From Flectonema sp. DT1601 (lineage: Eukaryota), in NCBI GenBank assembly GCA_964019425.1, contig OZ025799.1:1-64000 (forward strand): a DNA stretch of 64,000 nt. The letters are read 5' to 3'. The notes under the pieces were generated by a model, which saw nothing but the letters and a program-made list of their open reading frames with translations, made no database searches and was not told the origin of the DNA. A program made the translations under genes and the position numbers. Every line of letters starts with the position of its first letter. The stretch's first letter is position 1. Shown one piece after another: positions 56,078 to 64,000 of the stretch.

Positions 56078-57557
56078 TTTATATTTTATTCCAATCTCTG
56101 AAAAAAATTAAATTACAAAATACAACTACGTCACAACCAACCAACTTGTCTGCTACTAAACTTTGTGGCACTTTAATATTTCGCAGCCATGTTTGTTTTA
56201 GGGGAAGAAAAAAAAAGAGAAGAAAAAAAACAAGACGAAGCTTTCTTCAAACTTTATCCGGCAATTCCAGCTTGAGGAACAAAGGGGAGGGGGAAAACAA
56301 TAACGAAAGAAATTAAAACAAGAATGTTCAACTGGGACAGGAAGGGACAAACTTTACACAAAAATGATAACAAACTACTCTAAACAAGAACTGCTGATAG
56401 CTTAGTGAGTGTATTAGAAAAGCTAATGAACAACAACAGTTACAGTGAATACAATAGTTCAATACTTCTGTGTCCTCCTCGCAACACGGAAGAGGTCGTG
56501 AGCTCACCACTACTTTCCTTTCTTGACGGTATTTAGTTTTTGATTCAATCGAAATTATCTTTTTATTACAATTCTTATTATTGAAGGTTTTAGGACCGAA
56601 AAAAAGAATATAAAAAACAAAAAAAAAAAACAACAACATTTCCAAAAAAAAAAAACTACTTTTCATTGCCCAACTATTTATGGCTCATATCACTTCCAAC
56701 TAAAATCAACAAAATAAAATAACTTTGTTAACATTGTTCCAGCAGCTCTAAAGGGACTGCGGAGGGGAATTTTAAGGTCAACCAGAACCACCATCAGCAG
56801 AAGTGCTCGGGAGTTAGTAACTGAGATGAGATAGTAAGGGCGTAAATATATTAAATGAAAAGACAATAAAAAAAAAAAAGAATTCTCTTTTTTTTTTTTT
56901 TTTTTTTTGTTCCAAACACAGTAAACAAAACTACTGTAAAGGAGATCATGAAAAAAGGAACCAAAATATATAGAGACGACGGCGTCAAAAAAAAAAAAAA
57001 AAAAGTGTACTTTTTCGTTTAAACCAACTGCATCAGCTGTATTTCATAATAACGAAATATAGCCAGCCAGTTGTTTTAACTGTTGGGAGTCCTTAATCCA
57101 ATACCAATTAAGTTTAATAACACCACCAGAATAGTACTAAATTCCTTATTTTCTTTTATAACAAAAGACTAGGCAGGTATATATCCAACTAACAACAAGT
57201 TAAGTACCCTGGTGTTGTTGTTGTCTTCACAATTCAGAATGAATTAATTCGAATACCACCATCACCCTGAAGACCGTCAATAAAATGACAGCGTTTTTAG
57301 ACAAGTAGAGCACTTGGGGATAAAACAACAATTAAATAAATAATTTTTTTTTTTTTTTTTAAATTAAAGAAAATTCGAATATCATTTCATTGAAAAGGTT
57401 TTCTTTCTTTCGACTATTTGAACTACAAATGCAAACAGAACTAAACAAACTGACAAACAACAACAACAAAAACAAAACAGAAGAACAAATCGACAATATT
57501 GAGAGGAAGAGTAAGTAACTCGAAGGGCGTTTGACTTTTCCCAACTTCACACCGACG

Positions 57558-59765
57558 TCATGAACGTTGTTTTGAAGATTTCCGTTTGGGGTGGCTGGTT
57601 CTTCGATGGATTGATGACGACCGTCGTCTAGTTGGCATCTTTTGCGACCTCACAGAACTCGATTGGCGATTGCTGCTGTTGCCAACTTTCTTTTGAGTAT
57701 TGCGACTCTGTCCGCTATTCTTACTTTCGGTGTTGGATGAGATGTTTTGTTTTACTGATTTCGGACTCTCAGCTGAAGGCTCATCAACATCATAATCATC
57801 ATCAACAACATCAACAGCAGATATCCTTCGAGGTGATGGAACTGATATGTCATCACAGTAATCTGATTCATCTGAACTTCCTTCTTCTGCTTCATCTACT
57901 CGAGAAGTAGAACTGGTAGTTTGATTTGTTGACGCAACAGCTTCACCACCCCGAGAATCATTTCTATCGCGTGATGAGGTACTCGGAGAGTGAGCGGAAC
58001 CCTCCAGGCTGCTGCTGGGTTCCGATTCTAACATTTGTGGGGTCTTCCCGCCATCAGTCGCTTTACGTGATGATGGAGACGCAAGTTGTGGTGAGAAGCT
58101 TTCACTTGTATTCCCTCCAGAGTCAGAACTAGATTGGTTCCCTCTCTGAGAAATAGGAGAGGTTGGTATCGGTGGCATTGAATTTCCTTTCAAGTTGCTA
58201 TCTTTTCGAGCTACCGATCTCTCCGATTCTTTTGGTGATGTCGGCGCAGAAGGTGGAAGTGGTTGTGTTGGAGAAGCAGGTGGAAGAGCGAAGCTTTCAT
58301 TTTCTTTTACTTTCTCATTTTCATTACTCCTCACAGGAGTGGACATCTTTTCATTTGGTGACCAGAGTTTCTGATCTCTATCTCTGATCACGTCGATGCG
58401 CTGTTGCGGCGATTCCAGCGGCAGATTGTCAGATCTTGTACTGCTCGGCGGAGCGTTTGATTCCGACTTTTGAAAAACTCTTTTTGTCGGTGTCTGCTTC
58501 ATAGCAATACACTTTGTTTGATTGTGAAGAGTACTTTCTGATTCTGTTCTGTGTGTCTTACCTTTTGCAATAGCAACCCTGACATTAATATTTGCTGACC
58601 GCACCATTTCTTTTAGGACGCCGTTTGATATCGTCAGTTCTTCAACTTTAGCCTTCAAGAAACTGTTGTCGGTGGTCTTTAAGGTTTCCTTCAGCTGACG
58701 TATTTCATTTTTAAGTTTCTTGATATCCGCCAAGTAGATCTTTTCCTTTTCTTGCCAGCGGCTGTGCTGTCCGACTATTTCGTCTGTTTTTTGTTGCTTC
58801 CGAATGAATTCCTTTCGATTTTTTATTTTCTCATCTTCCGCCTGTTGCAATGCGCTGGTCAGGCTGGCTACTTGCTCCTTCAGCTTCTTTTGAGCTTTTT
58901 GTGATTTGATACCGAGGTCAGCCTGCGATACCATCGTGTCCATCGTTGTCTGAGCCTCAACGATGTTTTGTTTTAATTTTACATTCTCCTGTGTTACCTT
59001 TTCGAGAGTTTCCTTCACAGAGTTTAATGCGGCAGTGTTGTCCTTTAGCTTACCAGCGACCTTTTCGTGTTTCGCCCTTTCTTGGATTAGTACAGCATTC
59101 AATCCTTCACTCGCATTATTCTGATCCGCATCCAATTTCTCCGCCCGCTGCTGTGCTCTTCTTAACTCCTCTTCGAGGCTCGCACTCTTTCGCCTTGCCT
59201 CGTTTTTAGTCCGTTTCTGTCCTTCTTTTTGTTCAGACAGCTCTTTTTCAAGCTTTTCGTTTTCCTCTTTCAGTTGTTGGGCCTCCTTCTCGGCCACAGC
59301 GGCTTCGTTGACATTCATCTGCCGTTTCGTCTTTTCCGTATCCAAGTTCGACCTTTCCTTGTCAAGTGTCGCTTGCACGTCTTCATTCGTCTCTTTTGCG
59401 GTCTTTAATTCCAATTGGAGTGATATCAGTTCCTCTTGCAGAACTTTTATTTGTTCATTCTCCCTCCCCCCTGGAAGATCTGGTGGTGCTTCGTCTTTCT
59501 CTATATAACTCTCAGTTATGATGTCTTCCTTTTCTTGTTGTCGTAATTGCCCGACGAGACGAGTGTTCTCTTCAGTTAGAAAGTTAACTTCGGTTTGGAG
59601 ACTTTCGATTTGCGGAAACAAATCTGTGATCTCTTGTTGATTGCTGAGTTCATGGATTCGATCGTTTGCAGTTTGTAACTCAATTCGAAGTTCTTCCATC
59701 GTCATGTCCTCGTAGTCGCGTTGAAAGTGTTCTTCCGATACCTCTGTCTCGTCAACCACCAGCAT
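57558..59765 (-). CDS. Long coiled-coil protein with a Ser/Pro-rich disordered C-terminus
   Basis: About 400-aa heptad region. Start moved to MLVVDE because the upstream ORF extension resembles AT-rich UTR. Confidence 0.8.
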   Translation of the reverse strand: MLVVDETEVSEEHFQRDYEDMTMEELRIELQTANDRIHELSNQQEITDLFPQIESLQTEVNFLTEENTRLVGQLRQQEKEDIITESYIEKDEAPPDLPGGRENEQIKVLQEELISLQLELKTAKETNEDVQATLDKERSNLDTEKTKRQMNVNEAAVAEKEAQQLKEENEKLEKELSEQKEGQKRTKNEARRKSASLEEELRRAQQRAEKLDADQNNASEGLNAVLIQERAKHEKVAGKLKDNTAALNSVKETLEKVTQENVKLKQNIVEAQTTMDTMVSQADLGIKSQKAQKKLKEQVASLTSALQQAEDEKIKNRKEFIRKQQKTDEIVGQHSRWQEKEKIYLADIKKLKNEIRQLKETLKTTDNSFLKAKVEELTISNGVLKEMVRSANINVRVAIAKGKTHRTESESTLHNQTKCIAMKQTPTKRVFQKSESNAPPSSTRSDNLPLESPQQRIDVIRDRDQKLWSPNEKMSTPVRSNENEKVKENESFALPPASPTQPLPPSAPTSPKESERSVARKDSNLKGNSMPPIPTSPISQRGNQSSSDSGGNTSESFSPQLASPSSRKATDGGKTPQMLESEPSSSLEGSAHSPSTSSRDRNDSRGGEAVASTNQTTSSTSRVDEAEEGSSDESDYCDDISVPSPRRISAVDVVDDDYDVDEPSAESPKSVKQNISSNTESKNSGQSRNTQKKVGNSSNRQSSSVRSQKMPTRRRSSSIHRRTSHPKRKSSKQRS

Positions 59766-60401
59766 TGTTAGGCAGGTGTTGTGTTTCCCAACACTTTTAG
59801 GGTGAGAAATATAATTTAATTCGAAAAAATGATATTTAATAAATGAACATTTGGATGCTTCTGAACAAAGCAAACGCGTATTCGCCAAAAAAAGAAACAT
59901 ATTTCTCGGAACTCAAATTAACAAAATAAAAAAAATAATCCCTACAGAATAGTGAGCTGCATGTGGCTAGAAACACGGTATTTTTCATAAAGGGGAAAAT
60001 AACCGTCAGCAATGAGCAGCACTATTCTGTTTTTGTAGTATACACCCCCCCCCTCGGGGCCCCCCCTGCCTTCTGATAGTCCCAACAACAATAAAGGACG
60101 TGAATATTTATTTTAGTCCAACACCACCTCAATAAAAAGGATCCAGCAGCTGATAAAAATCAGATTATTAGCAACAACAACAACAACAACAACAGGTCGG
60201 TTAGGCTGTTCAACTAAAGAAGGACAAGTAGATTTATTCCAAAGATCTTCTTGACTTCGACGTCATTCCACACTTTTCTTAAGAAAGATCGTCAGTTGGT
60301 TGGTTTCCACGGGATAGAATATTAGGACAGCAGCTTCACCAAAGAACACAAAATGAAATAAAAGGACACGTCCTCAACAGTCAGACGTAACAGTAATTCA
60401 A

Positions 60402-62510
60402 TTAAAGAGTACAAAGTAATTCAAATCTTGTAGTTGTAGGGCGCTGTCTTATCCCGTAAGGATACATATGCTGGGCCTGAGAACAATAAGGATAAAGAGC
60501 AGAACCTATTCGCTCCTGCTCATCAAATGACGGGCTAGAAGGGAGTTCATAAGGACTGACTGATGAGCCAGGAGAATCGGGAGGTGTAAAAACAGTCGAA
60601 ACAGACGGATCTTTTGAACGATTGTGAGATATTTGTGTTAGAGTCAGTTTGAGTTCATTCATAACTGGTCTGCTGAAAGATTCAAAAGACCAACACTCAG
60701 TTATCACTTCATCCCAAATCGCTTCAGCAACCTCATCCTCTGCAGCAACTGGATACGGAGGGGCAGGTGTCTCCCCGCTCAGGATTTCCTTTCGAACAAG
60801 AGATCCAAAAGAAGGAGCGTTTTCTCCATCAAAAAGATATCGAAATGGAGAATCTCCTTCTAACACTTCCCAAAGAAGCATTCCAAAGGACCAAACATCG
60901 TAAGCAGGAGCAGCAACGTATCCTTTATCGAGTGCTTCAGGTGATGCCCAAGGAATACAAATGACAGGATCAATAGAACCAGCAGGGCTGAGGGACCCAA
61001 CGTCACCTAATTTAAAAGTTCCATTATCTGCTACGAGAACATTACGAGCCGCAACATCTAAATGAACAAACTGAGGAACTCTCCCGTGGATGTAAGCGAG
61101 AGCAGGTGCGATTGCTAATCCAACTTTAAGAGCGAGGTCTCCCCGCTTATGAGGAGTTAGCTTCGTATCGTAAATTAGGTTTGTCAGCGTACCTCCCGGA
61201 CAGTACTCGGTCACCATCCAAATAGTATTCTTATGTGACTGCGGTCTCACCCAGCCGTAAAAGTTGACGATGGCGTTGTTACGGAGTCTGTGTAACAAGA
61301 GTGTTTCCTTGATGAAGGCACGTTCACGTTTTAGTTGTTTGACTTTGCATTCGTTGCTTAAAGGAAGGAGTTCCTTGACTGCCATGTCTTCCATGTTGGT
61401 ACTACAGAGAGCTTTAAAGACACTCCCAAAGGAACCTTTTCCAATGTTTTGAAGATTCTGAAGTAGTTCTTCTTTTATTTCAAGTTCTTTAGGAAGCTCA
61501 CCTTCAAGACAAAGAACTTCATCACTGAGACGTTCAGTCATTAGCTGCTGGTGGGTGTGAAGTTGTTCGGAGTGAATACGAGCACGTGAATCCTCTTCAA
61601 GTGCAATGATCTGACGATTCTCTTGAGCGACGTCTTGTGTGACAACTCCTCGTACGATTTCTTTAATAGTTCGTCGAGTCTGAGAGTTGAATATCGGAGA
61701 TTGAGAAATGTCTGAAGTCCCGAAGTTCTGTTGCGATTCAATCCAAATTGACCGAGCCACAGAACCAATATTACCACCTCCTTCTCTGGGAGGTGAAAAC
61801 CTTTTCCCAACAGTCAGTAAGCACAATGTCAGTAGCGGTGCTACTACCGGATCCCTCGTATCCTCACACGATAATAGTGCCGCCTGCACTCCTACTCGCC
61901 TCCACATAAAAATTAATTTTTCAGGCTGCCCAACACAAGAAAAGATCATTAACATAAATACCATCGCACTCATACTGAGAAGTAAATTCCTAGTTGAGGA
62001 TTGTTTGAGTACTGAAGATAACCAAATGTACGGCATCTCATTTGAATTATTTAATAAAATATTATGAATACGTTCTGCATGTCCTTGATATGATAATTCA
62101 ATTAGGACTTCGAGAGCATAACGAGCTGATCGACTCCAAGAGTGTTCGTTAGAAGATTTATAAGAAAGCAGATAATGAAGGTAAATGATGTTGGGTTCAG
62201 TTCCCATGACGTAAGCTCCGATAGCTAATCGACATAAAGATCTCATTGCTCGAAGTAGTTCACTCTGAACAGATCCTTCAGAAGCAGGTAACATATCCAT
62301 CAAGACTCTAGCTCCTCCTTCTGATACAAAGAATTCACCAAACTCGTCAGATTCGAATTCCTCTCCCAACTCAAATAGCAATTTATTCAGTCGTCGTGTC
62401 TCGTCATCTCTTCTCACAGGACGAAATGATAATTTCTTCAATTCTAAGTTTGCTTGTAAATCATCATTCGCAAGTCGGAGGATTGATACAGCATTACGAG
62501 CTGCATCCAT
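60402..62510 (-). CDS. Tyrosine kinase-like (TK/TKL) protein kinase with an N-terminal armadillo (GBD/FH3-like) region
   Basis: IGKGSFGSV, MAVKE, HLDVAARNVLV, DVG, IPWASPE, DVWSFGMLLWEV and CW. N-terminal helical FVSEGGARVL...LLRAMRSL. Confidence 0.85.
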   Translation of the reverse strand: MDAARNAVSILRLANDDLQANLELKKLSFRPVRRDDETRRLNKLLFELGEEFESDEFGEFFVSEGGARVLMDMLPASEGSVQSELLRAMRSLCRLAIGAYVMGTEPNIIYLHYLLSYKSSNEHSWSRSARYALEVLIELSYQGHAERIHNILLNNSNEMPYIWLSSVLKQSSTRNLLLSMSAMVFMLMIFSCVGQPEKLIFMWRRVGVQAALLSCEDTRDPVVAPLLTLCLLTVGKRFSPPREGGGNIGSVARSIWIESQQNFGTSDISQSPIFNSQTRRTIKEIVRGVVTQDVAQENRQIIALEEDSRARIHSEQLHTHQQLMTERLSDEVLCLEGELPKELEIKEELLQNLQNIGKGSFGSVFKALCSTNMEDMAVKELLPLSNECKVKQLKRERAFIKETLLLHRLRNNAIVNFYGWVRPQSHKNTIWMVTEYCPGGTLTNLIYDTKLTPHKRGDLALKVGLAIAPALAYIHGRVPQFVHLDVAARNVLVADNGTFKLGDVGSLSPAGSIDPVICIPWASPEALDKGYVAAPAYDVWSFGMLLWEVLEGDSPFRYLFDGENAPSFGSLVRKEILSGETPAPPYPVAAEDEVAEAIWDEVITECWSFESFSRPVMNELKLTLTQISHNRSKDPSVSTVFTPPDSPGSSVSPYELPSSPSFDEQERIGSALYPYCSQAQHMYPYGIRQRPTTTRFELLCTL

Positions 62511-62732
62511 TAACTATCCACCCTGATTGAAAATAAAAGAATAGTTATGAACTAACAACAACATTCACTACCCCTCTTGTAATGTAATCCTGTATGTTTA
62601 AATAAAGTCTCAGTAAGTATTGGTGGTCAAGTCTATAAAAGAATAGTAGGTGTATTTATAAACACTCATATCTGTTTTATAATAATAATTCTGTTTGTGT
62701 AATGTGTCAAGTGCCTGAGTAGCGAGGTTTTC

Positions 62733-62994
62733 TTAGAATCCCCTGAGTGATGTTTTGATGTTTTGATTTTCGACTCTGAAATGAATAAAACAAATAAAAA
62801 ACAAACCATTCCATATCATCTTTTGACGCGCCTGGAACTTTTGCGGCTGGCTTTGCAACTGCTGCTGCTACAGGAGCTGCGACCTTCTTTGGGAATGGAG
62901 CAACTCCCTGAAGCACTTCAGGTTTTGCTCCGAATACACATCCGTTCGACCAGGCTGGGGCTCCTACGAATCCGGCTGGGCAGCTAATCGGCAT
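62733..62994 (-). CDS. Small Ala/Pro-rich protein (about 65 aa), predicted intron 62743-62806
   Basis: ATG after an acceptor. Splicing a 64-nt GT-AG intron gives ...AAPVAAAVAKPAAKVPGASKDDMEWGF*. Confidence 0.5.
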
Positions 62995-64000
62995 TTTATA
63001 AAGTTTTTGTGTAGTGCTGTAAAGATATTTAAGTTGTTTTATAATTACGTTTCACATCAATCACAATAAATTATATTCATATCCTCAGTCGAATCATCAA
63101 TTTCAATGAAATTGATAAAAACGAGTCGTAAGATTGGACGAAAAGAGTTTTAGTGATGTAGTCAGAGGACTGCAAGGAATACATAGAAGCAAGATTGAAA
63201 ACTATATCTAATTAATAGATGAAACATAACAAGGCGAGCGTGGTAACAGAACAAAACAAATAAGGGCATCGAAATGGTATCCGAATACGGAGCAATCATG
63301 TCACTGGTTTCTTTTGTTTAGTTTAAAAACTTTAATGAAAAAGTCATCGGAAAAAAAAGAAATTCATCAAAACATCAATACGCACACTCAGTTATCATTT
63401 ATTATTCAATAAGAACTGTTGCTACCGAAGGAAGGAATCTTGCAGAACTGCTCTGAATCGGAATTTCTATCGCCAGTGGCGGTCGCGATGTCGACGATCC
63501 CAATTCTGTGGTGAGTTGTTTTTACTAAAAAAAAAAAAACAAGAAAATAATATTAAACGAAGCTGCCCAAACATTCAAATAAAATACCTCTCAACAAAGA
63601 AACTGATCAAAAGCTAGGGCGTCGGGGATAGAAGAAATTAAATTCTCACAGGGGTAACTCACAGGTGAGGATATTAATAAAAGAAAGAAAAAAGTTTCAA
63701 AAAAGCATTAAAAAAAGTTAATATGATGATTCCCGTATCATTCATAAGTTTGTAAAATAAAAAATCTTTTTTAAAAAATCCAGCAGATTTCATCTTTTTA
63801 ATGGATTTGCCGCGTGAGGAATACATTGTTGTTTTGCTTTATTTAAATTTTGAAACAACAAACTCGTCGATCTCTGGGTCCCTGTGTTTGTAATGACATT
63901 TTCAAACAGAGGACGGGAACAATAAAAAAAGAAAAGTTTCAAATCAGTTTCCTAAAAAGAAAAAAAATATTAAAAAAAAATAACAAACCTAAAGTAGCAT

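Noticed and set aside
56328..57550. Short F/L-rich ORFs in intergenic DNA
   Set aside because: Translations of poly-T/poly-A tracts, as with most other short or antisense ORFs in the track.

Overview
Eukaryotic (protist) DNA. Every credible gene lies on the minus strand, with short GT-AG introns and pyrimidine-tract/AG acceptors just upstream of the start codons I checked. This suggests one polycistronic, trans-spliced unit of a euglenozoan, most likely a diplonemid (inference). Bases 1-10126 are a nearly pure (TTTGCGGG)n octamer array. Its G-rich strand points inward, the opposite polarity to a canonical telomere. It joins a 7.1 kb signal-peptide mucin/extensin-like gene ((VVSPPTEP)n) through a 7/8-nt microhomology and removes the 3' end of that repeat. 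Next come a duplicated signal-peptide mini-ORF, a Helitron-like insert and an isolated two-unit copy of the octamer. The rest is a unidirectional gene array: TFIIE-alpha, WDR82/Swd2, phosphonopyruvate decarboxylase, a DEG/ENaC-like channel, an EF-hand protein, a secreted Cys-rich D/N/K-repeat protein, a RanBP2 zinc-finger protein, an actin-coiled coil-PDZ fusion, a WW+FCP/SCP phosphatase, a CobW/ZNG1 GTPase, LRR and coiled-coil proteins, a MAPK with an SEY loop, a bacterial-type DHPS with a Sul-like motif, and a tyrosine-kinase-like kinase. All family calls come from motif recognition by eye; no searches were run.
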